In this document: in pieces, positions 51,204-62,060 of the stretch
Layout of the letters: every line of letters starts with the position of its first letter
Position numbering within the stretch: the first letter of the stretch is position 1
Assembly (NCBI GenBank): GCA_034780895.1
Contig: JAUZTB010000066.1
Span: 19,938,051 to 20,002,050, forward strand
DNA: 64,000 bases
Direction: 5' to 3'
From: Rhynchobatus australiae
Lineage: Eukaryota
Made by a program: the position numbers and the translations under genes
Notes under the pieces: model-generated
Told to the model about the DNA's origin: nothing
The model's input: the letters and a program-made list of their open reading frames with translations, nothing else
Database searches by the model: none

Positions 51204-52377
51204 AATTTGTGACCTTTTTTAGGTGGATTTGACCTGGTGTTTGCACTGAATCTAATGACGTTTAAGCATATAACAAAGGGNNNNNNNNNNNNNNNNNNNN
51301 NNNNNNNNNNNNNNNNNNNNNNNNNNNNNNNNNNNNNNNNNNNNNNNNNNNNNNNNNNNNNNNNNNNNNNNNNNNNNNNNTTGACCTGGTGTTTGCACTG
51401 AATCTAATGACGTTTAAGCATATAACAAAGGGCACTCCTATTTGATCATCCATAGTGCTGCGTGCAATTTCAGATTACTATTACCCTTTCTATTTCACTT
51501 CAAAATGACCTGATTTAGCTTTTTAAAATGATATGGCCGTATTCAGGATCTCTACTGCATCCACCCATCCCCACCAGTGCCTTCCTGTGCTCACCTCCCA
51601 CCCACTTACCCCTCTCTCCCCACCACCCCATCCACTGCATAATCGGGGTAAATAATTTCCTGGCATCTACCCTGATTTTTTTTTAACATATTTTAAACNN
51701 NNNNNNNNGGATCATATATCAGAATTTCAGGGAAAACAAATAATTTATTCAATCTGATTCTTTCTGTCCTGTTGAATCTATTTTGTTGAATCTATAGTCT
51801 TTAAATATGGTACTTAAAATGAACATAGTTTTTCAAAAGGATCCCAACAAAGGCTCTGCATTACTAAACACTAAGAACAATGCAAATACCTATGGTTTGT
51901 TGTTGGTCATTTCAGAATTTCTGTGGTAACTATAACTTCTCACAAATGTGATGTTAGGAAATTACAAGCAATTAGGCAACAAAGTCAGAGCAGGAAATCT
52001 TGAAAAATATTAAAATGAAAAATAATCATGGTCAACAACTTCATACCATCTGAAAATATAATAAGAGAGAAATTAAACACTGCATTTTACACAGATGAAG
52101 TCTTTAAAATGAAATTTATTTGATTTCCCCATTTTTATAGTGGACTATCTGACTTCAAATCTTATGCACACAGAGTGGGACCACTTATCTGGATATCCAA
52201 TTTTTCCCTTGTGTTTTTGTCTTGACCTCCATTTGCCTACATAATGGAGTAATAGTAATCTGAAATTGCACGCAGCACTATGGATGATCAAACAGGAGTG
52301 CCCTTTGTTATATGCTTAAACGTCATTAGATTCAGTGCAAACACCAGGTCAAATCCACCTAAAAAAGGTCACAAATT
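51204..52377. repeat. 129-bp near-perfect inverted repeat with ~764-bp spacer
   Basis: 51204-51280 plus 51433-51484 is the reverse complement of 52249-52377 with one mismatch (CACTCCTA versus CACTCCTG). Confidence 0.92.
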
Positions 52378-52480
52378 GTTGTGACAAATGGAGATGTGCT
52401 CTTCTTTACATTAATTCATTCTTTCTGAAAAGGGGACCTGAGTTACAGTTTTGTCTCACACATGTGCAGATTGTTAGGCA

Positions 52481-52876
52481 CAGGGGCTCCCCAGGTTACA
52501 GAAGGCCTGATTTATGGAAATCCAACTTTATGCAAATGTTCCCATAAACTTTTAAAGCATTTTTCAAGACAGGTAGGTTATGAATGCAGTTGCCTCTTCA
52601 CAACGGGAGGCCACTTAAGAGGTTTGCTTTGGAAACTGACAAGGCGAATCTCTTCCATTGACACTTGTAAAATACTTCATCAAACAATGTAACATCCATT
52701 GATACTTTAAAGCCATCGAAACTAGCCATTGGATGTGGTACAGTCTGATTATGTATTATGAGAAGACATTAATAAATGTTCATGTTAATCAACTCTTATT
52801 GAAATTGTTCGTTTCTGACTTATGGAATAATTAGTTTACAGAAAGTTCTCAAGAATGTAACTTGTGGGGCTACCTG
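52481..52876. mobile_element. Tc1/mariner Tigger-like non-autonomous element (MITE)
   Basis: Imperfect TIRs CAGGGGCTCCCCAGGTTACA and TGTAACTTGTGGGGCTACCTG followed by TA. Subterminal TGATTTATGGAA / TGACTTATGGAA repeats. Confidence 0.6.
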
Positions 52877-52949
52877 TATTTACTTAGTGCTAAGCAGCTT
52901 ATGTATTAAGAGTTGAAAGTATATTTTAAGATATTTATTCATTAAAATC

Positions 52950-53181
52950 TTAAACAAAACCTTAAGGAAAAACAGCAAATGCTGGAAATATTCAGCAGAT
53001 CAGGTCACATTTGTAGGATGAGAAACAGAGTTAACATTTCAGGTCTGATATAGGGTCTTCAACCTGAAAAGTTAACTCTGTTTCTCTTCCCACAGATACA
53101 GCCTAACCTGCTGAGTATTTCCAGCAGATTCTGTTTCAAATTTCCAGCTTTGCAGTTTTTTTTGATTTAAACAAAAACTTA
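52950..53181 (+). mobile_element. Palindromic Penelope-derived element with flanking 15-bp direct repeat
   Basis: ~75-bp arms at 52971-53045 and 53061-53136 are inverted. Flanks TTAAACAAAACCTTA (52950-52964) and TTAAACAAAAACTTA (53167-53181). Centre CTGATAT-A-GGGT-CTTCA-ACCT-GAAAAGTT. Confidence 0.85.
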
Positions 53182-55429
53182 CTTTTAAATGCTGAAATAG
53201 CCACACCATGTACTCAAGCAAATTGTCATTCCTTGTTAACAACATATGATTGATTTGAGAAAATCAATCCATAGCAGACTTTAATCAAAGTTTTATCAAA
53301 TCATGTATTCAAGGTTTCTCTAATTTAGATTTTCTGGGAGCTTTAGCCAAATTACCTTCTACATTTCAAAGTGCCAGACCATTTTGATTTCTTTGTAGAT
53401 ATTTTAAGCAGGTTTAATTAGTGAAATAATGAATTCTAAGATTAAAACATGAATAGATTCCTTTCAAACTTGTGGTAGAGGACAAAATTAGAGCTCATCA
53501 ATGTAAGGTGGTCACAGAAAATCACGGAGTGAATTCAGAAGAAATGTCTTTACCCAGAGAGTGGTAAGAATGAATTGGAAGGAAAGGAAACCCTTAATTT
53601 AACTGCACCCCATCCCTCCTTCTCAGGTATTCTGTTACTAGTACATATTAAATGTCCCAACAACAGCCCAAGGTTGACCCACGTGACCTACCACCTTGAG
53701 GCAATTATCCCAGTAAATAGAAATGTCATTTAGCCTTGTAAACCCCATCTTTAAACGGTTCTCTAGGGGACAGGTGGGTATTCATGGTTTTTGGGATTTG
53801 TGGCTGTTTCTAGAATGCATTCTCTGCAACGGTTAGGGGTTAGTATGAGTTCAGTGATGATTTTATAAATAATTTATCTGGAGGCAGGATAAGCATATGG
53901 GAAAGAAGGGGTTAAGTAGAAAGCATTAGATGCGGAAGGATACTCGAGAGGAACGTAAACATGGTCTNNNNNNNNNNNNNNNNNNNNNNNNNNNNNNNNN
54001 NNNNNNNNNNNNNNNNNNNNNNNNNNNNNNNNNNNNNNNNNNNNNNNNNNNNNNNNNNNNNNNNNNNNNNNNNNNNNNNNNNNNNNNNNNNNNNNNNNNN
54101 NNNNNNNNNNNNNNNNNNNNNNNNNNNNNNNNNNNNNNNNNNNNNNNNNNNNNNNNNNNNNNNNNNNNNNNNNNNNNNNNNNNNNNNNNNNNNNNNNNNN
54201 NNNNNNNNNNNNNNNNNNNNNNNNNNNNNNAAAATATGTAGTAAATTTAAGGTTCTCTATTGTAATTATTTTAAGACAATTTATTTTGACCTGTATAGAT
54301 CATTGGTGGGGTGACATTTGGAGTAATATGTCTAATTCATAAGGACATTCATGTATTGGGGATAGTTCAGAAAAGAAATGATTCTGGGAAACTGAGCTAA
54401 CGTTTACAAGGAGAAATCTCTCAAGCTGAACTTACAGAAAAGAAAATTATAAGAATGTGAGAGTGTTGATAGGTACAGATGTAGATGTAAGCACTATTTG
54501 AATTAAGCATTAATTGCAGAACTGAAGGTCATTGTTTCAAAATTAACCTGCCTCCAGTTAAGTTAAAGATAAGAATAAATTAGATCTGCAATGTTGATGA
54601 TAGGTGGAATGATTCCTAGTTAAAAACAACTGAAGTAGAGTTAAATAACTAATAAAATGCAACTGATTAAATATGTGCCCTGGATTGAGTTTGGTATTTA
54701 AAGAGTTACACGTGTGAAGTGATGATTGAAGACTCTTCAGGCTATGATAATTCTTGTGGTGCAAAGGTGGGAATGTGTATATCAGATTCACATATAAATT
54801 ACAAATGCATAATCAAGGGAGGATTAGACCAATTAAAGACCAAAAAGGCAATATGGAATGTGCATTGGATTCTAAATGAATACCCTAAATGTGCCTTAAC
54901 TAGGTAAGAGGATGTTGCCAATATAACAGTAAAGAACGAAGTAATAGCACCATTAGACAGGATAATAACAGATCTAGATAAGATATTTAAGAGGTTGGCA
55001 GTCCTCATTATAGAGAAGCCAGCCATTTGAATAGTGTGGAAGCTAGGATCCTAAGGGCTGAACTTGCAGAAACTTAAGCAATCATCTTCTAATCCTGGAG
55101 ACACAAAAGGCTGCAAATACTATAATCTGGAGCAAAAAACTGCTGGAGGAACTCAGCAGGTCAGCTTGTCAAATCCCAGCATTTGCAACCTCTTGTGACT
55201 CTACACGTCGCCTTCTTGCTCTGTCTCTATTTCTGCTTCTCCTTCTCCCCTACCTGGCTCTATCTGCCCAACATCTCTCTCCTTACTTGGTTCCACCTAT
55301 AACCTACCAGCCCTTGTCTCACCCATCCCTCTCACCTCTTTATACTGGCTATCTCTCCTCTATACTCCCAGTCCTTAATTGGAAGTGTTGACCATCCTTT
55401 TGCCTCCAGAGATGCTGCCTGATCCACTG

Positions 55430-57560
55430 AAGTAGGAAAGCAAAGGCATGTGAAAAATACTGTCAAATAAAGTGAATGAAAATCAGAAAAGATTTTATAA
55501 AATATGTAAAGAGCAAGAGGATAAGTAAGGAAAGGGTGGGGTGGTTTAGTTTACCATTATGGTATCTATATGTGGAGGCAAAGGATATGAGTATGGTTTT
55601 AATGAGTACTTTGCAGCTGTCTTTATGAAAGAGGGGAAAATTGCCACTGCTGCAGTTAAGGAAGTAAAGAGTGGAAGTTTTGGATTGGCTAAACTGAGCA
55701 AAGGAGAAAGTATCAAAGGGTTAACATATTTGAAGTAGATAACTTGCCAGGCCTGGATGTAATATAGTCCATGATGTTAAAAGAAGAAAGGGAGGAAATC
55801 AAGGTGGAACAAACAATCTGCTGGAGGAACTCAGCAGGTTGAGCTGCATCTGTGGGGAGTAAGGAATTGTTGATGTTTTGAGTTGAAACTTGGCATCATG
55901 GAGGATCTGACCATTATTCTCAAATACATCCTGGTGCCAGAGGATTGCTAAAGTTATACCATCATTCAAAAAGAGAGGAAAGGATAAAAGANNNNNNNNN
56001 NNNNNNNNNNNNNNNNNNNNNNNNNNNNTGCACAAGTAGTTGAAATCAGTTCTGAGAGGTAGACTTGACTTTCATTTAGAAAGACACAGATTAGTTGAGG
56101 ACGGTCAGCATGTGTTTGTCAAGGGAAAGTCATGTCAGACTAGCTTGACAGAATTTTTTGAGGAAATAATAGGGTGGCTCATTGAGGGCAGTTTGATGTG
56201 GTCGTCGTGGATTTTTGCACGGCTTTTGACAAGGTCCCACTTGGCAGGATGATCAAATTGAGAATGACAAATTAAATCCAAAATTGGTTCAGTGACAGAA
56301 AGTAAAAGATGAGATTTGAGAACTGCTTTTAGTGGCTGGAAGACTGTTACTCATATGGTTCCATGAGGCTCAGTACTCAACCCTTTACTTCTTGCAATAT
56401 ATATTAATGATTTAAATTTAAATGAAGGAGAATGAGAAAGAAATTTGCAAATGAGAAACAATGGCCATGTGGTTAACAGTAAGGAGAAAAACTGTAGACT
56501 GCAGGAAAGTAAAGGCGGCTTGGTCAGTCAGGCAGTAAGGTGGCAAATAGAATTTATTCCCGAGAAGAGTAAAATGGTGCATTAAGGGAGGTGCAACAAG
56601 ACAAAGAAATACACAATAAGGGGAAGGACATTAAGAGATATGGTAGAAAAGTGGGGCTTTGGGCTGTATGTCTGCAGATCCTTGAGAGCAACAGATTAAT
56701 AACCATATATTTTGGCTAATGAGCTAACCTTTCAGATCAAANNNNNNNNNNNNNNNNNNNNNNNNNNNNNNNNNNNNNNNNNNNNNNTCTCTTCCCATAT
56801 ATAGAGTCTGAACTGCTGAGTATTTCCAGCATTTTCTGTTTTTGTTTTAGATTTCCAGCATCTGCATTTTATTTTTGATTTTCATTTGCTTCTCGGAAGG
56901 TGAAATTTGGCTGGGTAGGTCACCTTTGACTAGCAGGGACAGAATGGGCTAAACAGCCTCCTACTTTGTCATAAAGCTTCTATGATTCCTTTTTCATGGA
57001 AGAATGATATAACTTGCAGTTTTTAAAGTAGAAATGGGTACTGAGAGGCTTTGTGAAGATAGCAATGAAAAGACTGTGAGCAAGCCTGTGGCTCTATTAT
57101 TAAAAGCACAAGTGCAAAATGAAGTGTCATGCTCAACTTGTGCAATACATTGTTTAGGCCTCGGTGTCTTTAATTTTGGGTATTGCACTTTAGGTAGGAT
57201 GTCAGGGTCTTAGTAAGGGTACAGACCAGATAGATTAGAATGGTAGAATGGATGAGGGATCACAGATGTCTGGAGTGCAGGGAAGATTAAGAGGAGAATT
57301 GATTAAGAGAAGTCTGCAAACTCATGAATAGTTTTGTAAGAATAAATAGGGGGAAACTATTTTCAGTAGCAGAAGAATCAGTAACCACAGATGGCACACT
57401 CAGTATGGTTGGCAAAAAAGATGCAGAGGAACTCTGCATACTCAGTTGTATGATTTTAAACTCGCTGTGTGAAAGGGCAATACAAGCAGATACAGCAATA
57501 ACTTCCAAAAAATATTTGAAGGAAAATATTTCCAAGTTTTCAGGGAAAGAGCAAGTAAGG
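55430..57560 (+). mobile_element. Long degenerate CR1 ORF2 remnant with nested Penelope-derived pieces (about 55805-55900 and 56790-56890)
   Basis: KSVLRGRLDFHLERHRLVEDGQHVFVKGKSCQTSLTEFFEEI, DF..AFDKVP, VP*GSVL..LL.AIYINDL, then C-terminal CR1 sequence at 57050-57560. Confidence 0.85.
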
Positions 57561-57659
57561 ATGTTGCTCTGTGGTGGAGTGTACGCTTTGTAAGTATGAG
57601 AGCATGGTTTCAATCCCTGGTACTTCCAATCAAGATACTAAAACAAAATTAATACTGTT

Positions 57660-58040
57660 GTTGGTGACCTCCTTGAAACATACACAATTCTTACAGGGCT
57701 CATAAGGTAGTATTCAGGNNNNNTTTTCCCTAGCTGAGGTATTCATAGTTAGGGCTCACAGTCTTCAAATAAGTGGTGGGCCATTTAGGACTGAGATGAT
57801 AAGAAATTTCTTCATTCAGAGGCCAGTGATTCTTTGGAATTCTCTTTTCCAGAGGGTTGGTTGGACTCAGTCATCAGTTGCCTCCAAAATAGACTTAAGA
57901 AGATTTCTGAACATTAAAGAAATCAAGGGATATGGAGATAGGACAGGAAAATGGCATTGAGATCGAAAATGAGCCATGATGGAGCGGGCTTGAAGGGCCA
58001 GGTGGCCTCCAGCTGCTTCTGTTCTTTCTTATGTTCTCAT
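57660..58040 (+). mobile_element. CR1 LINE 3' end
   Basis: GGTGACCTCCTTGAAACATAC..CCATTTAGGACTGAGATG..AGAAATTTCTTCATTCAGAGG..CTTTGGAATTCTCT..GAAATCAAGGGATATGG and tail. Confidence 0.85.
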
Positions 58041-58739
58041 GTTTTTCAGTGCACTAATTGGATAGCACCACGATAGAGCTCTCTTGGGTGTTAGCATATT
58101 GTGTTGTTGAGTATTCTTCCAAAGCACTGGAGAGGTGGCAAATATCACTAGAGTGTACAACTTGTGATTTCTAATGCCAAAAGCTTCACCAGTGGGATAC
58201 AGATGGAAGCTGTTAATAGTCTAGTTTCTCAATTTATGTACAATAGATGAAGCGCAGGGTTTCCATTAACTTGAGGCCTTCTGTTAAATGAACTTGACTG
58301 GACTATTTAAAGGAACATCACAGTAACTCACAAATACAAAAATTGGATGTTTAAAGGTTAATTCTTTTTTTAAAAATCTACTCAACCATAAGTAATTATT
58401 TACGTCTTGAAAATCCAAGTGAACTTAATTAAATAATTGGGAGTAAGTTAAAATAGACTGGAACTAGTAAGTAATTATCTTTTGAGATTTAGATGCCAAC
58501 TTCATTAGAAAAAGCACATTTCAAGTTGATGATTGAGGAATCGATATAATTGAAGAGAAATGTAAGTGCTACGGTTCTTTCATTTAAGGTGATTAAAGTC
58601 AAAAGGTAAGAGTTTGCGTCTGATTGTTAGTAAGTGGAATGAGGGGCTTGTAGTTTCCAGTCCTCTGTTTAAAGGTTTGTTGATATCAGATTTATTTTCA
58701 GAATTATATTTTAAAACCTCCTGCGAATTGTATTGTATT

Positions 58740-59118
58740 TTACAGCACAGTACAAGTGCTAATATGAAGTTCNNNNNNNNNNNNNNNNNNNNNNNNNNNN
58801 NNNNNNNNNNNNNNNNNNNNNNNNNNNNNNNNNNNNNNNNNNNNNNNNNNNNNNNNNNNNNNNNNNNNNNNNNNNNNNNNNNNNNNNNNGGGTGCTCTGG
58901 TTTCCTTCCACATTCCAAAGACGTACGGGTTAGGAAGTTGTGGGCGTGCTATGTTGGCGCCGGAAGTGTGGTGACCCTTGCAGGCTGCCCCCAGAACACT
59001 CGATGCAAAAGATGCATTTCACTGTGTGTTTTGATGTTCGTGTGACTAATAAAGATATCTTATATATATCTTAGATGTTTTGAAAGAACTTCATATTAGC
59101 ACTTGTACTGTGCTGTAA
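58740..59118. repeat. Perfect 33-bp inverted repeat flanking the SINE and gap
   Basis: TTACAGCACAGTACAAGTGCTAATATGAAGTTC (58740-58772) is the exact reverse complement of 59086-59118. Confidence 0.92.
58890..59073 (+). mobile_element. V-SINE with Rex1/Babar-type tail (5' part in gap)
   Basis: GGGTGCTCTGGTTTCCTTCCACATTCCAAAGACGTACGGG (V-domain), then CATTTCACTGTGTGTTTTGATGTTCGTGTGACTAATAAAGATATCTTA. Several CpGs are retained, so the copy is young. Confidence 0.75.
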
Positions 59119-61244
59119 TAAGGACATATAAACTGTATCTTTTTCTTGAATTAAACTAAAACGGTACAAATCTCTGTACAGAACCCTTTCATTCCTTTTC
59201 AAGGAGATTTTTGTAGCAGGAATACTCTAAGAGATTGATAGCACTGGCAACTCTGCTAATGAATTTGTACTTAAGATGGCAGAGGACATGGCTGCCAATC
59301 TGTGTCTTTCCAGCAATGGCTATAATCAACCTACATCAGAAACCTGTCAGCAATTGGTGCATAAGGATTTCTATTGTTTCGATTCAGGTATGCTTGATTC
59401 TAGCTTTTACCCCTTTCTCAAAGTATATTGTTTACCAATAGAAAATGTTACAATTAAATAGATTCCCCAAAATACTCAGTGATTCAACAAGCTGAAAGAA
59501 CATCGCCATGTACTTTTTTTTAAACCCGTTTGCTTTCATCAGTAATTTCCTTGAACGTATCGGATTGTTTAATTGTCTGAAAAGCATGCATCTCAGGATT
59601 AAATAGTAGAAAATATCAAACAAACAATCTAATCCTTCATTGCGGTAACTAGAAATTATTCAACTTATAATCAAGTTGCCCTTGGGACTGGGATGGGAAT
59701 TTGATGCAAATCTTTTGGTCTCTGATGAAATAAAGTTAGCTGCATTGGAGACTACACAATGCACTGAACTATCTGTGCATACATAAAGCATACTTGTTAT
59801 TTTTCCAATGTTTTTGCCTATATTTTTCTGATATCTACCTGTGTAGTATTTTTATATAATTTTCATTTGTGGGTTTATATTAAAAATCTAATTAATAAAG
59901 ATTTCCAGCATGTATGTTGATTCTTCAATTAAAATTTTAAATATTGTGATTTTGTGAAGTCTAAAATATTGATGGAAAAGGTTTTNNNNNNNNNNNNNNN
60001 NNNNNNNNNNNNNNNNNNNNNNNNNNNNNNNNNNNNNNNNNNNNNNNNNNNNNNNNNNNNNNNNNNNNNNNNNNNNNNNNNNNNNNNNNNNNNNNNNNNN
60101 NNNNNNNNNNNNNNNNNNNNNNNNNNNNNNNNNNNNNNNNNNNNNNNNNNNNNNNNNNNNNNNNNNNNNNNNNNNNNNNNNNNNNNNNNNNNNNNNNNNN
60201 NNNNNNNNNNNNNNNNNNNNNNNNNNNNNNNNNNNNNNNTTTGAGATTAGTATACAAGATTATTAAGGTGCTGTTCCAATAGAGAACCAACTTGTAGCAA
60301 TTGGAATGCCTGCATCAGGAAAATGCATGAAAATAATACTTTACTGAAATTAGGTAGGACTGGAATGGAATATTGGAACAGATAGCAATAGACCTGCAAA
60401 TGCAACTGGTGTAGAAAGAATCAGCATAGGTTGTGAGTTGCAACTTCCTCCCATCTGGATTCCTTTCAATGCAGAGAGATTTTATGGCTTCAGAAGGTCA
60501 GCAAAACTAACTGTGGCAAGAGTTGCAAACAGTTAATGTAAATTTAACAATGGTATGAAATGTCAATCATGAAGGAATCAAACAAAGGCAGGATGAGCTG
60601 AAATGGTTATTTCTGTGATATTGTCAGAGGCATGGACAATAGGCTGGATCTTCCACTGATCAGTGAACTGTCCACGTTTGCTGGTTACCATTCCCTTGAA
60701 GCTCATTTTCAGCTAGAATGGATGTTTGTGTGCAATATTCTGCTGGGAAGCTGGCTGCAGGCTGCTTAGTGAAGCCAAGCCGAGCTCAGTAAGGGTTTTT
60801 CTGAATGAAGCTGACAGGCTCCACCCCAGAACTGCACTGAGAGCTGTGTGGGCTGATTAAGCCCTTTCCCCATTCTAATTTGAAAACTATTAAAAATTAT
60901 TGATTTTTCAAATGATTAAAAACTGAAAACAAAATCATATAAAACACTTAAATACTAGGAAACAATTAAGCACATTTAAATAACTCATTTAAATAAAAGA
61001 AGAAAATTACCCCGTACTTGTGTTTCTGCCGGCAGCTATTTTTTTTAATTGAAATGAATGAGTCTGCTGGACTTGTGCCAAGTTCAGCAACAGATTTACC
61101 AACCTAAATGCTGAGAAATCTATGGAAGTTTGTGTTCCTCTCCTGGAAGTAAGGCTGGTGGTTTGGAGTGGAACTGCCAGCTTTTAATCAGACGACCTGG
61201 GCCAATGCACATGGCAGCCGTGGGAACTTCTGAGTGTTCCACCT

Positions 61245-61450
61245 CCTCCTTCTTAGGTTGTCCCTTGAGATCAAGGATGACTTGCTTCCATTCCAATTTT
61301 GTCGGTGCTTAGGTGTCTAATGAGGCATATGTAGGAATTGCAGAATCTTCCACAGATGCAGCAGGAGGTGGCTGGCGAAATAGGTGGGTAAGTAGTTTGT
61401 GAATTAGTGCACTCCTGCTGCTGCTTGCACAAGGCTTCTGAGCGCCCTGA
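61245..61450 (-). mobile_element. RTE-clade LINE 3' end
   Basis: Minus frame SEALCKQQQECTNSQTTYPPISPATSCCICGRFCNSYICLIRHLSTD resembles the RTE C-terminal CxxC..SRIGL.SH.R.H finger. Short UTR ends in AAGAAGGAGGAGG. Confidence 0.7.
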
Positions 61451-61489
61451 TTCAGAACGTTGGAATAAATGAGTCCTCTGCAGGCAGCA

Positions 61490-62060
61490 GGATGGAACTA
61501 GTGGAGTATCCTTGGGGTAAGATCTTGCCCCTCAATTGTTTACCATTTACATTATTGACCTGGAGGAGGCAACAACATGTAAGGTTTCCAGGTTTGCAGA
61601 TGATACTAAAATAGATGGAAGGGCATGTTGTAATGAGGATGTTTTGATTCTGCATAAGGATATTGACAGCTTGAGTGACTGGGTGAAAAGCTGGCAAATG
61701 GAGTTTAATATGGGAAAGTGCCAGGTCATGCACTTCTGTAAAAGGAATCAAAAGGCATATTATTATCCAAATGAGGAGAGATTACAAATTTGTGAAGTGC
61801 AGAGGGGTATATGTGTTCTTGTACATGAATCACACAAGGTTAACAGGCAGATAAGTAGTTAAGAAAGCAAATAGCACTGTGGCCATTATTGCAAACGAAT
61901 TGGAGTTTAAAGTAGGAAGGTTGTGTTACTATCATGTGGGGGGTTGTGAGACCGCACCTGGAGTCTGCACATGGTTTTAGTCCCCTTACCTTAAAAATGG
62001 ATATAGTACTGTTGGAAGCAAAGGAGATTCAGCAGGCATTCCTGGCAAGAAAGATTGTAG
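61490..62060 (+). mobile_element. CR1 LINE RT core fragment
   Basis: ORF 61536-61862 FTIYIIDLEE..CKVSRFADDTKIDG..LHKDIDSLSDWVKSWQMEFNMGKCQVMHF contains the catalytic FADD motif. Confidence 0.92.

Noticed and set aside
51229-51432. Identical 52-bp direct repeat on either side of a 100-N gap
   Set aside because: Typical unmerged contig overlap, an assembly artefact.
2061-60290. Many 60-320 aa ORFs containing long X runs
   Set aside because: They are open only because they cross N gaps; the flanking residues show no homology.
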